A stretch of DNA of 64,000 nt from a virus. How positions within the stretch are numbered: position 1 is the stretch's first letter; every line of letters begins with the position of its first letter. The notes under the pieces were generated by a model. It was not told the DNA's origin, did no database searches, and saw nothing but the letters and a program-made list of their open reading frames with translations. Shown here one piece after another: positions 1 to 9,901 of this stretch. The translations under genes were made by a program, and so were the position numbers. The stretch covers positions 3,360 through 67,359 of IMG/VR virus record IMGVR_UViG_3300047994_000025. The stretch is one strand, 5' to 3'.

Positions 1-1679
1 CCGGCGAAGAAGACTTCGATCGACGGGCGGCGAGCGTCACCGTCATTGTCCACCAGAACAGCCGGGAAAACCTGCCAACCCTGCATAGGCTGTGGAGCCG
101 GGAACGACGGGATAAGCGGAATGGTTTCGTATTCCAGCTTGTCAGTCGCGGGGTTCCAATCGTAATCGTTCGGATCGTTTTCACGGATCGTCACACCCTG
201 AAGGAACGACGACTCGCCGGTGATCTGTTCAAGATCGAACTTCTTGTCTTCGTACCCATTGTGCACCGATGACCACGACACGACGTCAAGCGGTTCAAGC
301 ATCCACGCTTCGGGCGGCAAGTATTGTTGATGGCGACGGAACCGGCGACCGTTCAAAAGAGCCGCCAAGCCGATGCGCTGCGCGGTCGTGTTCGTGAGAA
401 CGTACGGAAGGCTGACCGACATCGGAAGTTCGCGATTGTCGTCGGACGCGATCATACCATTATCGCGGCGTTCCGGCGCTTCTTTGTTCGACCACTTTTC
501 AGCCGGTTCGGTGTAGTTCAGGCGTACAATGTTGTACGTTTCTTCCAAACCGGGGAACGGGTCGTATCCCTGTTCACGTGTGATGACGATGTTTTCGTCG
601 GTGAACGCATAGACCGACGCACCCGGTGCACCAATGCGGATTTTGTAAATGCCGCCGACTTCGGCGATCAGTCCCGACGAAGAGCGCAACAGTTCTTCAA
701 GCGTGCGAGCGACTTCGACGTCACATTCGACCATGCCGCCGCCGTTGAACTGACGTTCACCGTCGACAATGACATCACAAGCATTCATTCCCGCCATCCA
801 CGACGAAGCCGGGAGACGGAACGCGGGCCAATTCTGACCGCCGTAAACCCATTCGTCGCCGTAGTAAATGCCGCGCGCGACGTTGTACGCCTGAACCATG
901 TAGTTGTTCGACGCTTCCCATGTCGCCGGGTTCGACCAACGGTGCGCGCCGGAGCCGCCGACCGACGAATCCTTGCGGATATCGTACAGACGGATCGATG
1001 GGATTTCGATCGTGAGAGACGGGAAGCCACCGGCCCACAGTCCGTTGTTCTGGTAACGCGCGGTGAACGTGATGTACGCAACACCACGACCGATCATGTC
1101 GTATTGCCAAGGGTACGTCGGATGCGTGCCGAACTTGCCGATCAGATAGCCGTCAACACCGGTCTGCGTGCCGTCGTGGTAATCGATCCACGCGTAATCA
1201 ACGCCGTTCTTGCGGTACTCGGCGACCGGCCATCCTTGCGCCTGTTTCGGCTGGTCGAACATGATCGTGACCTTTTGGTCATTCATCCATACGACCGGGT
1301 TCCCCGGAGCAAGCGGGAGCGACGACACCGCGATAACGTCGACCGCGAATTCATTCGGCGTCTTGCCGTTCGCCCATGTGCCGCAATAGACACGAAGGCC
1401 AGCCGTCGCGTTGCGACCGAGCGGGAAGAACAGCGAGTTATCACCGCCGACCTTTAGGTCAAGCGATGTGCCGGGGTCTTTCGCGCCTTCCTGTTTCTTC
1501 GTGAACAAGCCTTTGAGCAAGCTTGCGCCGACCGACAAAGCGATACCGATGACCGCCTTGACAATGAACCCGCCGATCGCCGAAGACGCGAAGGCACCGA
1601 TCGCAGCCACAACCGGACCGGCTTGCGCCGTCCCTGTGAAGATCAGTAGCGCGATCAGGGTCGAAAGTATCAGGTTCAT
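1..1679 (-). CDS. Tail tip / central tail (host-specificity J-like) protein, runs off window start
   Basis: Hand-translated from ATG at 1679 (ATGA overlap with upstream stop): MNLILSTLIALLIFTGTAQAGPVVAAIGAF...DPGTSLDLKVGGDNSLFFPLGRNATAG. Position after NlpC-like gene. Absent from the ORF track, presumably because the stop lies outside the window. Confidence 0.8.
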   Translation of the reverse strand, partial: MNLILSTLIALLIFTGTAQAGPVVAAIGAFASSAIGGFIVKAVIGIALSVGASLLKGLFTKKQEGAKDPGTSLDLKVGGDNSLFFPLGRNATAGLRVYCGTWANGKTPNEFAVDVIAVSSLPLAPGNPVVWMNDQKVTIMFDQPKQAQGWPVAEYRKNGVDYAWIDYHDGTQTGVDGYLIGKFGTHPTYPWQYDMIGRGVAYITFTARYQNNGLWAGGFPSLTIEIPSIRLYDIRKDSSVGGSGAHRWSNPATWEASNNYMVQAYNVARGIYYGDEWVYGGQNWPAFRLPASSWMAGMNACDVIVDGERQFNGGGMVECDVEVARTLEELLRSSSGLIAEVGGIYKIRIGAPGASVYAFTDENIVITREQGYDPFPGLEETYNIVRLNYTEPAEKWSNKEAPERRDNGMIASDDNRELPMSVSLPYVLTNTTAQRIGLAALLNGRRFRRHQQYLPPEAWMLEPLDVVSWSSVHNGYEDKKFDLEQITGESSFLQGVTIRENDPNDYDWNPATDKLEYETIPLIPSFPAPQPMQGWQVFPAVLVDNDGDARRPSIEVFFA

Positions 1680-2095
1680 ATTTTAAATACCGCTTCGGCT
1701 TCTAACAAGTCGATCGTACCGATTCCATCCGGACGACGGAAAAAGATGCGGTCGCGGTTCACTATACCAAGCGAATACCCCAATGGCGAGGTATCGCGCA
1801 CGACGGCGATGTCGCCGGTGAAGCCTGTCGACGGATGCACCGGTTCGCCAAGGAACGAAGCGACGGCGTCCTTCAGGTTTTCGAACCCGGCTTCTTTCAT
1901 CTTGCGGATCGCGCCCGCACGCGTCTTGTACGTGCCGATGTAATCAGCGGCGGGGTTCGGCTTGCCGGTCAAGACTTCAACAACGCCACCGGCCCACGCC
2001 GGACCGCAATCCGTCTTACCCCATTCGAACGGGACATACCGCATGGTGTCGATGAAAGTCACAAACCGTGAGTGCCAATCGGGAAGTCTGGTCAT
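1676..2095 (-). CDS. NlpC/P60-like tail assembly protein (DUF6950-like)
   Basis: MTRLPDW...PFEWGKTDCG...GDIAVV motifs; ATGA overlap at 2092-2095; synteny. Confidence 0.75.
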   Translation of the reverse strand: MTRLPDWHSRFVTFIDTMRYVPFEWGKTDCGPAWAGGVVEVLTGKPNPAADYIGTYKTRAGAIRKMKEAGFENLKDAVASFLGEPVHPSTGFTGDIAVVRDTSPLGYSLGIVNRDRIFFRRPDGIGTIDLLEAEAVFKI

Positions 2096-2709
2096 GACGG
2101 GTTGGCTCCCCAATACAGACGCACGTCGCCCATGACATCAACGTAACGCAAGAACCGGTCACCGCCGCGACGCATGATCGAAGCATCGGACATTTTCGCC
2201 GGGTTGGTGCGCGTCAGTTCGTTCGTGATCGACGTACAGGTCAGTTCGATCGCACCTTCGCCGCCGACCTTACCACGGCGCGGCTGTGCCTTGTTGACTG
2301 TACCCATGAAATGCAACATGGGCGGGTCAGCGTTCAGGTTCGTCGCCGGGTCGATCACCGATCGGTGAATCTCGATACGCGCGTTGCGCACGTCGTTACC
2401 GCGCACCAGTTCGTTCACATGCGCGTCGATGTTGGAAAGCTGAACACCGATCGTATAGACGTTCAAGCCGACCGACAGCGTGATCGGGTCAACGTTCCGG
2501 AGCGCGCCCGCGCCATAGTATCGACGGTTGACCGCAAAGCCAGTCTGACCGGAAATGACCGGGATAGTCACATCGGGGTCGATGTCGTTATAGAAGCCGA
2601 ATTCGACCAGACCTGTGACGGTCTGAATCCAGACGTAATCGCGGAACGACGCGCCGTTTTGCGCGGCATTGCGAAGGACGTTGTATGTATTGGTCGGTAA
2701 CGATCTCAT
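2092..2709 (-). CDS. Minor tail / baseplate hub protein
   Basis: YYGAGAL motif and C-terminal GDRFLRYV...YWG; lies between Dit-like and NlpC-like genes. Confidence 0.6.
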   Translation of the reverse strand: MRSLPTNTYNVLRNAAQNGASFRDYVWIQTVTGLVEFGFYNDIDPDVTIPVISGQTGFAVNRRYYGAGALRNVDPITLSVGLNVYTIGVQLSNIDAHVNELVRGNDVRNARIEIHRSVIDPATNLNADPPMLHFMGTVNKAQPRRGKVGGEGAIELTCTSITNELTRTNPAKMSDASIMRRGGDRFLRYVDVMGDVRLYWGANPS

Positions 2710-3329
2710 AGCTTTTGCACCGCTTCGAACCGGAACCCGGTTGCTTTCCAGTTGGACGAATCGAACGTTGCGTATTCGATGCTATCCGGCATGAACTGGC
2801 ATTTCACCTTCGGCTGTTTCAAGATCACCGTCATGTTCGCGGTGATACCAGCCGGGAGACCGGGGAACACGCGGAACGCCGACGTCACGCCGCCCGAACC
2901 GGCTGTCGCCGCCTGACTCACTTCGAAGAACCCGCGTCGACCAGCGTAATCGATTTGCATGAAATCGCCCGGTGCAAGCTTATAGCCAGCCGGGAGACCC
3001 TTCAAGGTCACAGTGCTGTCGGTTGTCGAAACCGTGTCGACCAGTACGTTCGCCGAACCGAGAATGGAGCCGTCCGGATCGTTGCGCGGATACGCGGCGA
3101 TCGGGTCGTACACTTCGAATGTTTGACCGGGCCGGTTCAGGTCGTTCATGATTGCGCGGATCGCGCGCCCGTCATCGAACGTCGAAATCGGTGTATCGAT
3201 TCCGATCTTCCACAGCGGTGTCGCTAGCTCGGCGCGCAAAATCTGACCCGACCCGATACCTTCGGTTTCGTCGTTCCGCATGGGGCTGATTGTGATGCTG
3301 GTGATTTCGATGACGTCGTTTAAGACCAT
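2706..3329 (-). CDS. Distal tail (Dit-like) protein
   Basis: Immediately downstream of the tape measure gene; GLPAGYKLAPGDF motif. Confidence 0.6.
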   Translation of the reverse strand: MVLNDVIEITSITISPMRNDETEGIGSGQILRAELATPLWKIGIDTPISTFDDGRAIRAIMNDLNRPGQTFEVYDPIAAYPRNDPDGSILGSANVLVDTVSTTDSTVTLKGLPAGYKLAPGDFMQIDYAGRRGFFEVSQAATAGSGGVTSAFRVFPGLPAGITANMTVILKQPKVKCQFMPDSIEYATFDSSNWKATGFRFEAVQKL

Positions 3330-3332
3330 GAC

Positions 3333-5627
3333 TTAGCGTATCCGTGGGTTCTCTTGCACTCGTTGCATACTTTGCGGTAGCTTGTGAGTGTCATAGTCGT
3401 CAAGCCCGTCGATGACCGCGTCGTACGCGATCTTCTTGATCGTTTCGTCACCGTTAGCCGAAAGATGCTGAACGATAGTCACACCGCCGCGATTGTCGTT
3501 TGCAGCGGGCGCGAAAGTCGGGGTCGACGGAACGGCGATGCGGTTGTTCGGCACGACTTGCGAGCCGCCCGGAACCTTCATCAATTCCGGACCCTTTTCA
3601 CCAACCATCTTCCAACCGCCCGACGAATACGACGTACCCGAAGCGTGACCACCGGTGATCCAACTAAACAGACCGCCGAGAATGCCGCCACCGCCGCCCG
3701 TGCCGCCCGCGTTCCACAGACCATCGAACAGACCGTCAAGCGCGGAATCAAGTAGCTTGTCGGCGATCTTTTGCAGTGCGTTCGAAGCGGCGTTCGCGAA
3801 TGATTCCCACAAGCTCTTGCCTTCGATTAGACCGTCTTTAAGGTCGGTGAAGAACCCCTTGAACGTATCCTTGCCGAAGTCATACGCGGCCTTCAAATCC
3901 TTGGTGCGCTGTTCGGCTTCCGCCATCTGTTCAGCGAGACCGTGGATTTCCTCTTTCTGTTGCTGCGTAAGCTTGATGTGCGCGTCAGCCGCCTTGTTCA
4001 GCATTTCCTGTTCGTAGCGAAGCGCGGCGGCGGCTTGCTCGGTCATGCCGATCGCTTCAGCTTCAAGGTTTTGCTGTTCGATGAACTGTTTCGAATCCCG
4101 GATGATCTTTTCGTACGGGTCTTCTTTTTCCTTCGCGCCCTTCTTCTTTTTCTTCGACAGGCGTTCGTTCATCGCTTCGACGGAATTCGCTTTCCACGCG
4201 TCGTAAAACTCGCCGAGCGGATCGGAATTTTCGATTTCGTCGTGACGCTTGTTGCGCGCATCCAACTGCGCTTTCATGTCGGCGACGATCTTGTCGGTAT
4301 TGGCGCGGTCTTCGATCTGGTAGTTCTTCGGGTCGATCATACCCAACGCATCTTGCGATGCGTCATAGCCGGGGATTTTCGACAGTACGCCGTTGATCGC
4401 CGCCGATAGCTTGTTAATGCCGTCAAGCGCATACGAAATCATTCCGTTGATTCCGTCGATCACCATGTTCGTCGCACCAGCGATACCGAGCGCGACGACA
4501 TTCGGGATTTGCTTGAAGATATATTTCAGGTCGTTGTACACATCGGTGAACGACTTAATGATCAGATTGCCCGTCGCGACCGTTGCGTCAACGATCCAAT
4601 CCCACACGGGTTTCAGTGTGTCCATGAGCGGCGAGAACGCGTCGCTGACACCGTCCTTAACGGTCTTCCAAAGACCCGACATGATGTCGCCGAATTCGAT
4701 CGACTTGTGACCAGCGTCGACAAGTTCGTTCTTCAGCTTGAAGACCGTTACGGCACCGATCGCAGCGGCGGCAGTCAACAGCGGAAACTTGGTGATCAGA
4801 CCGAGAATCATCTTGCCAGACTCGCTGAATGCGCGCCCGATACCGCCTTCGTTCGTTCCCCAAATCTGCGCGATCTGTGGTCCTTGCTGAAGAAGGACCA
4901 TCAGCGGCGGCATGCCGAGTGCGAGCGACTGACCGGTGTCGAGCAACTGAAACGACAGGTTTCGCTGTTGCCACGCAAGGTTCTTCGTGACACCCGAAGC
5001 CTTGTCGACAAGGTCGTTACTCTTGCGCATAGACGATGACGCGTTCGTGTAGCTGGCGTTAAGCTGATCGACCATCACAGACGCTTGACGCCCGTTGATG
5101 ATGTTTTGTTGCAGCGCCCGATTAATGTCGCCGAGTTCGGTTTCGTACTTCACGGATGCGGCGTAAACCGAATCGATCTTCATACGAAGCTGATCGAACG
5201 ACGACGTCGGAAGCGGCGGAACCTTCAGCTTTTCAAGCTCGGTGTTCAGCATCGACACTTGCTTTTCAAGCTCGGCAATGCGTGCCGACATAGTCGCCGT
5301 GTCAGCCGCTCCGGACGCCGCGAACTGACCCATTGCAGCGATCAGCGATTGCGTCATGCGTTCGATCGACTCTTCGGCGATCGACACCGTCGTCAGGGAT
5401 TTTGCAAGCTGAACAGCGTTGTCGTTTGCCGCGCGCATGGAAGACTGAAGCTTCGACATTGCGGCAGATGCACCGCCGAACGACATCCGACTTCCGGAGC
5501 CGCCCGACAGTGACTTGTTGAAGGATTCGAGTTCGCGGCGGGCTTGCGCAAGATCATTACGGAGCGGGGTCAAATCCCCGTGCACCGGTACGGTTAGTTC
5601 AGCTACCGTTTGACCTTGCGTCGCCAT
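3333..5627 (-). CDS. Tail tape measure protein
   Basis: 764 aa helical Ala-rich protein; NLSFQLLDTGQSLALGMPPLMVLLQQGPQI (lambda-type TMP motif); C-terminal VGEKGPEL. Confidence 0.92.
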   Translation of the reverse strand: MATQGQTVAELTVPVHGDLTPLRNDLAQARRELESFNKSLSGGSGSRMSFGGASAAMSKLQSSMRAANDNAVQLAKSLTTVSIAEESIERMTQSLIAAMGQFAASGAADTATMSARIAELEKQVSMLNTELEKLKVPPLPTSSFDQLRMKIDSVYAASVKYETELGDINRALQQNIINGRQASVMVDQLNASYTNASSSMRKSNDLVDKASGVTKNLAWQQRNLSFQLLDTGQSLALGMPPLMVLLQQGPQIAQIWGTNEGGIGRAFSESGKMILGLITKFPLLTAAAAIGAVTVFKLKNELVDAGHKSIEFGDIMSGLWKTVKDGVSDAFSPLMDTLKPVWDWIVDATVATGNLIIKSFTDVYNDLKYIFKQIPNVVALGIAGATNMVIDGINGMISYALDGINKLSAAINGVLSKIPGYDASQDALGMIDPKNYQIEDRANTDKIVADMKAQLDARNKRHDEIENSDPLGEFYDAWKANSVEAMNERLSKKKKKGAKEKEDPYEKIIRDSKQFIEQQNLEAEAIGMTEQAAAALRYEQEMLNKAADAHIKLTQQQKEEIHGLAEQMAEAEQRTKDLKAAYDFGKDTFKGFFTDLKDGLIEGKSLWESFANAASNALQKIADKLLDSALDGLFDGLWNAGGTGGGGGILGGLFSWITGGHASGTSYSSGGWKMVGEKGPELMKVPGGSQVVPNNRIAVPSTPTFAPAANDNRGGVTIVQHLSANGDETIKKIAYDAVIDGLDDYDTHKLPQSMQRVQENPRIR

Positions 5628-5874
5628 TCTTCTTCCGCCCTGTTACCGCGTTATGTGTGGCGGCGAAATTACGAATTTCATGCGCCGTCACTTTTTTTCC
5701 GGGCTTGTCGTCCGCCGAGCCGAAGACGGCTTTAAGCATTTCGACTTTACCTTGATGACCTAGAACGATATTGTTCATGTTCATCGTTTCGACTTCTTCT
5801 TCGGATAACCCTAGCCATCCAATCCCGATCTTGACTAGCCAATCGAGATATTCAGGTAGGGTTAGGCGTTTCCC
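5599..5874 (-). CDS. Tail assembly chaperone -1 frameshift extension (gpGT-like)
   Basis: Slippery G GGA AAC at 5874-5868; the -1 frame reads KRLTLPEYLDWLVKIGIGWLGLSEEEVET straight into ORF 5599..5784. Confidence 0.85.
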   Translation of the reverse strand, partial: GKRLTLPEYLDWLVKIGIGWLGLSEEEVETMNMNNIVLGHQGKVEMLKAVFGSADDKPGKKVTAHEIRNFAATHNAVTGRKKNGDARSNGS

Positions 5875-6221
5875 CCGGCTTCACCGTCCGCGTCGACCGC
5901 GTCGGTTTCTTCCTTCGGCGGCTTGCCACCGTTGGCGAGGATGTGCACATAACGCACCAGCGGTGCGGCAAGTTCGTTCATGCCACGACGCCAGATGCGA
6001 TCGTCAAGCCCTGCCTTGCCGGTTTCAGTGAAGCCGACGCCGAGTTCGATCACTCGCACGAAGGTGTCAAGGTTCAGCGCCATGATTTGCTGAACTGTGG
6101 TCATCAAGCCGCCTTCATTGCGCGAAAGAAGCTTCGTGGCCTTGATCGACGGCTTCAGGACAAGCGTCTTCATTTCGCCGTCAGAACCCGGCAGTGTGAT
6201 TTCGATTTCTCCGGTACTCAT
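5862..6221 (-). CDS. Tail assembly chaperone (gpG-like)
   Basis: Between major tail and TMP genes; ends G-G-N-A-stop over slippery GGGAAAC. Confidence 0.85.
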   Translation of the reverse strand: MSTGEIEITLPGSDGEMKTLVLKPSIKATKLLSRNEGGLMTTVQQIMALNLDTFVRVIELGVGFTETGKAGLDDRIWRRGMNELAAPLVRYVHILANGGKPPKEETDAVDADGEAGGNA

Positions 6222-6247
6222 ATGGTAGTTTGCTCCGTTGGTAGTTG

Positions 6248-6760
6248 TTACGTGGCGGCGTCTTCCACGATTTTCGAATTGACACCGATCGGGAAGGACT
6301 GACGAACGACGTTTTCGACGTTGCCGACGTTACGACGCTTCGACATGACCTTGCCGATAAAATAGAGGATCGTCGGCGTACCGGCTTCCGTGATCTGATC
6401 GTTAAGTTCGATCTTGAACGGATAATCAAGGTCCGACGCGAAGGCGGCGATCATGGCTTGCTGACCTTCGTCTTCCGGATCGGAGCCGGTCTGTACGGTC
6501 ACAGTACCGCCGTTGAACGTACCCTTGAACTTACGCACGCGGCGGTTCTTCAGTGCGGTGAACGTGATTTCCGACGCTTCGTCGCCGAACTCGCCAAGGT
6601 CTTCGGTCTCGCCGACTTCGACCCAAGCCAGCGCTTCGGCGGCGGTGATGATGGCCGAGTCGGTCGACGCTTCGTTATTGATCAGCGTCACGAAGGACGG
6701 GGTTTGCGGCGCAATGTAAATTGCGGAACCGGCAGCGGTATTGACGCCCATGTTATTCAA
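6248..6760 (-). CDS. Major tail tube protein
   Basis: WVEVGETEDLGEFGDEASEITFTAL...RKFKGT tail-tube motif; synteny. Confidence 0.85.
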   Translation of the reverse strand: MNNMGVNTAAGSAIYIAPQTPSFVTLINNEASTDSAIITAAEALAWVEVGETEDLGEFGDEASEITFTALKNRRVRKFKGTFNGGTVTVQTGSDPEDEGQQAMIAAFASDLDYPFKIELNDQITEAGTPTILYFIGKVMSKRRNVGNVENVVRQSFPIGVNSKIVEDAAT

Positions 6761-7190
6761 TCCTTACAATCAGGGTTGTGGCACGTGCTACGACCGACTC
6801 GGAGTCGGTTGGCGCAACAAATGGTCCTGTTACGTTGATACTTATCACGTGGTACGGCGTATTGCCTAGCGACCAGCGTTGACGGTGAAACACTTCGCGC
6901 AACAGTTCGCCGATGGCTTCGACCCCGCGCGTGTGATCTTCAGGCGTACCCGGAGCCGCGACACGACCGTACGCGATGATGTCAAGCGTGATGACTCCGC
7001 GTTCCTTGTTCAACGCGTCTTCGTTCCCGTACGCGATGTTCGGAGATACGACAATCATCGGGAATTGCGCATCGGTCGGAACCGGGCGGCGAGTGAACAC
7101 AGCGGGTTCGTTGTTCCATTGTGACAGATAGTTGGTGATGTCGGGTTGCGCCAAGATCGCGGCGCGAATAGCGGGTTTCAAATCGGTCAT
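6753..7190 (-). CDS. Tail terminator (DUF3168-like)
   Basis: Size, PTDAQFPMIVV motif, position upstream of tail tube. Confidence 0.7.
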   Translation of the reverse strand: MTDLKPAIRAAILAQPDITNYLSQWNNEPAVFTRRPVPTDAQFPMIVVSPNIAYGNEDALNKERGVITLDIIAYGRVAAPGTPEDHTRGVEAIGELLREVFHRQRWSLGNTPYHVISINVTGPFVAPTDSESVVARATTLIVRIE

Positions 7191-7624
7191 GTGCGCAATG
7201 CCCTTATGATTTCGTTCGCGATACCTTGGCGGATTTCCGGCGTCACTTCCTGAAGCGCCGGTCGCGCAAATGGGCGCGGTGCCATGTCGTATGTACGACC
7301 AAGTGAGTCTTGTCCGACGAAGCCGTGTTCGAGACGTCGACCGTAATCGGTCCCTACGTTCACAGTACCGGTCAACGTCGTTGAATCGTACAGCGTCGTG
7401 ATGTTCCGCACCAAGTTACCGGTGTCGTTCGCCGGGGACTCGCCGCCCGCCGATGCTTGGTGATACCGGTTCTTTCCACGGTAGTACAGGATACCGGTTT
7501 TCGGCGGTTGCATGACACGTTCGATCATGCGTTCGCGAAGACGCTCGGTTCCGCTGATCACGCCACGCATGACAGCGCGTTCCAACCCCGCAATGACCGT
7601 ATCGCCGAACCAACGGAGCGTCAT
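7187..7624 (-). CDS. Neck / tail completion protein (HK97 gp10-like)
   Basis: HQASAGGESPANDTGNL...YGRRLEHG...MAPRPFARPAL. Confidence 0.85.
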   Translation of the reverse strand: MTLRWFGDTVIAGLERAVMRGVISGTERLRERMIERVMQPPKTGILYYRGKNRYHQASAGGESPANDTGNLVRNITTLYDSTTLTGTVNVGTDYGRRLEHGFVGQDSLGRTYDMAPRPFARPALQEVTPEIRQGIANEIIRALRT

Positions 7625-7986
7625 GCGACGTACCCTGACCAACGATAGGTCGCGTTCGCCGGATCGACTTCGACTTGCTTTCGAAGCTGGTAGGTCTTTC
7701 CCCGGATCGTCACACGGTCATCTTTCGTCGGAACGGTCTTGATCGACTGTGCAAGAATGAGGATGGACACATCACCGTCAGGAATGCCCGCTTGGTTGCG
7801 GTAAAACGCGGTGAAGTTCTCGGCGAACCCTTCGAACGCGAACGTCGTTGTCGTCGGCGCGATCGGATCACCATAAGCGTCAAGCGTGCCGCCCGATGAA
7901 CGGGTCAGCACGCCTTTCAGAAGCTTGCCTTTAAATCCAGCGTAAATCGCCTTAGCGATCTGACCTTCAAGAAGACTTGCCATCAC
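7621..7986 (-). CDS. Head closure / head-tail joining protein
   Basis: ~120 aa, PTKDDRVTIRGKTYQ...DPANATY; synteny. Confidence 0.7.
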   Translation of the reverse strand: MMASLLEGQIAKAIYAGFKGKLLKGVLTRSSGGTLDAYGDPIAPTTTTFAFEGFAENFTAFYRNQAGIPDGDVSILILAQSIKTVPTKDDRVTIRGKTYQLRKQVEVDPANATYRWSGYVA

Positions 7987-8476
7987 CTAGAGCCTTGTCG
8001 ATTTCGGTCTGAAGGCGCTTGGCCTTCCATCGACCATCAACTTCAATCCCTAGTTCTTTTGCGTCGGCGCGAAGCTTTTCAAGTGCGGCTTCGTCGTCGG
8101 TTTCTTCCGTCTCCGGCGCGGGCGGGGTCGGTGTAGCACCGGGCAAACCGGGAAGGCTTGCAACGGGTGCGACCGGCTCGGCGGGCGCGGGTTCCGGTTC
8201 TGCGACAGGTTCCACCGGTTCCGGTTGTGCGACAGGTTCCACCGGTTCGGCGAACGGATCGGTCATGAAGTGTGTGACGCCATTCAACAGCGCTTCATAG
8301 GTGACCCGATGGACGACATGTCGCATGTCGAAGAGTTGCCGGAGTCGGCGCGGAGAAACCGCCGACTCCGGTACAGTTTCCCCCGGAGCAAGGGAAACAT
8401 CGCCCGCCACCAATTCGCGGCGGGCAACTAGATCAGTGCTGGCGTCGAACGGGAGCGACCAGACACCTTTACGCAT
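7967..8476 (-). CDS. Hypothetical protein with Pro/Glu linker and C-terminal HeH/Rho-N-like helical motif
   Basis: EPVEPVA repeats; LRADAKELGIEVDGRWKAKRLQTEI; follows major capsid gene. Confidence 0.55.
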   Translation of the reverse strand: MRKGVWSLPFDASTDLVARRELVAGDVSLAPGETVPESAVSPRRLRQLFDMRHVVHRVTYEALLNGVTHFMTDPFAEPVEPVAQPEPVEPVAEPEPAPAEPVAPVASLPGLPGATPTPPAPETEETDDEAALEKLRADAKELGIEVDGRWKAKRLQTEIDKALGDGKSS

Positions 8477-9500
8477 CGGCGGCAACCGCGTTGTTGAAGA
8501 ACACACCGAGCGCAGAACCGATCAGGCGCTGATCCCATGCACCTTCGATTTCGATGCGGTCCGATGCAAGGTTTTCCATGCGGAACTTCTTGACACGGAA
8601 GCCCTGACGCGATGCGCCAAGCCAGCCATTCCAAGAGAAGGTCAGACCAGCGGCGGGCATCATCGTGGATGCGACGCGCGGGGTGTAGACCAGCAGTGCA
8701 CCGGTGCTGAAGATGAAGTCGGTGTCAGCATTCGAGCCGGGGAGTGCACCGACCGTGTTGCTGTTGATGACCGCTTCAGCGACAAGCACTTCATCGACTT
8801 CGAACAGTGCGGCGAGCGCTTGCATGTTCACAAGGGCGGCACCGTTCGGCGTCTGACCGTACTTGACGCGGTCAACGATGTCCGGATGATCGATCAGATC
8901 GTCGTACGCCTTCTTGCCGAGAACAAGCTTGTTCGGCGAAAAGCCGGTGCGGGCCGAAACGCGACGCTTCTGTTCGCGAATGTCTTCGATCGGGGTCGAA
9001 GCGGCGTTGTCCCACTGAAGGAACTGACCGGCACCCGGTGCGGAAGCGACGCCGGTGACTTCGGTGTCCCACTTGCCGGTGGTCAGGTACGACTGAACGA
9101 AGCCGACTTCCTTGCGGATCATTGCGGCGTTGGTCAGCAGGTCGGTTGCTTGACTGTCAAGCGAGAAGACGGAGTCGGCGTTGCCGCGCGTCTGGTCGGA
9201 AATGTCGTGATGCAGCGCCCAAACACTCGCGAAGTAGTTTTCGAGCGTCTGAACCATACCGACGCCAGCCGACTCGGTGGCCGGTGCGCGCTGACGCATC
9301 AAGTCCTTGTTGAACTGTTCCGGGCTGAAGTTCCAGATCAGATCGGACTGCTTCGCGACCGTGACGATCGGAAAGACCTTGTCGGCGATGAAGCGGGTAG
9401 CGGATTGCATGTAAGCGACGCTGACGTTCGTCAGTGCAGCCTTGACATGCACGTCACCGGGCATCGTGATAACACCGGCTTTATGGATAAGTTCACTCAT
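8469..9500 (-). CDS. Major capsid protein
   Basis: 343 aa; LTNVSVAY...FIADKVFPIV...QWDNAASTPIEDI...PNKLVLG. Confidence 0.88.
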   Translation of the reverse strand: MSELIHKAGVITMPGDVHVKAALTNVSVAYMQSATRFIADKVFPIVTVAKQSDLIWNFSPEQFNKDLMRQRAPATESAGVGMVQTLENYFASVWALHHDISDQTRGNADSVFSLDSQATDLLTNAAMIRKEVGFVQSYLTTGKWDTEVTGVASAPGAGQFLQWDNAASTPIEDIREQKRRVSARTGFSPNKLVLGKKAYDDLIDHPDIVDRVKYGQTPNGAALVNMQALAALFEVDEVLVAEAVINSNTVGALPGSNADTDFIFSTGALLVYTPRVASTMMPAAGLTFSWNGWLGASRQGFRVKKFRMENLASDRIEIEGAWDQRLIGSALGVFFNNAVAADA

Positions 9501-9518
9501 GTTCTGTTTGCCCTTTGT

Positions 9519-9887
9519 TTACGCAGCCGGGAGTTGCAGCTTTACCGGAACCACGTCGCCAGCGTCGCCGCCGAGAACGAAAGTGCCGAGTGCCTTGGTG
9601 CCACCGGTGACAGCGACGCCGTTCGCGCCAGCATGTGCCGCCTGACCCTTGGTGACAGTTCCGCCGAGAACGACCGGAACGATACCGTCGATGACCACGC
9701 GACCAGCCTGACCTTGTTCGAAGTTACCGGTCAGCACGCCGTAAGCGGCGGCATTTGCACCGGCGAGCGTGACGCCACCGGAACCGAGAACGACGAAACG
9801 GTTCGCACCGGGGATAGCCGCATCGGAAGAAGCGTCGAAGTTGACGATTTCCGAAATTGCCTTTGTGTTTTCTTCAAAGTACGACAT
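9519..9887 (-). CDS. Capsid decoration/cement protein (DUF2190-like)
   Basis: Gly/Ala-rich 122 aa directly upstream of MCP; GDVVPVKL C-terminus. Confidence 0.7.
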   Translation of the reverse strand: MSYFEENTKAISEIVNFDASSDAAIPGANRFVVLGSGGVTLAGANAAAYGVLTGNFEQGQAGRVVIDGIVPVVLGGTVTKGQAAHAGANGVAVTGGTKALGTFVLGGDAGDVVPVKLQLPAA

Positions 9888-9901
9888 GTGTCAGTCGCTC
9901 C

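Noticed and set aside
324-1457. Long plus-strand ORFs such as 324-1457, 8301-10028 and 57318-58541, and minus-strand 50604-51818
   Set aside because: Antisense shadows of clearly recognisable genes on the other strand; no motifs of their own
8165-8250. Short tandem DNA repeats (GCGACAGGTTCCACCGGTTC x2)
   Set aside because: Explained by coding EPVEPVA linker repeats
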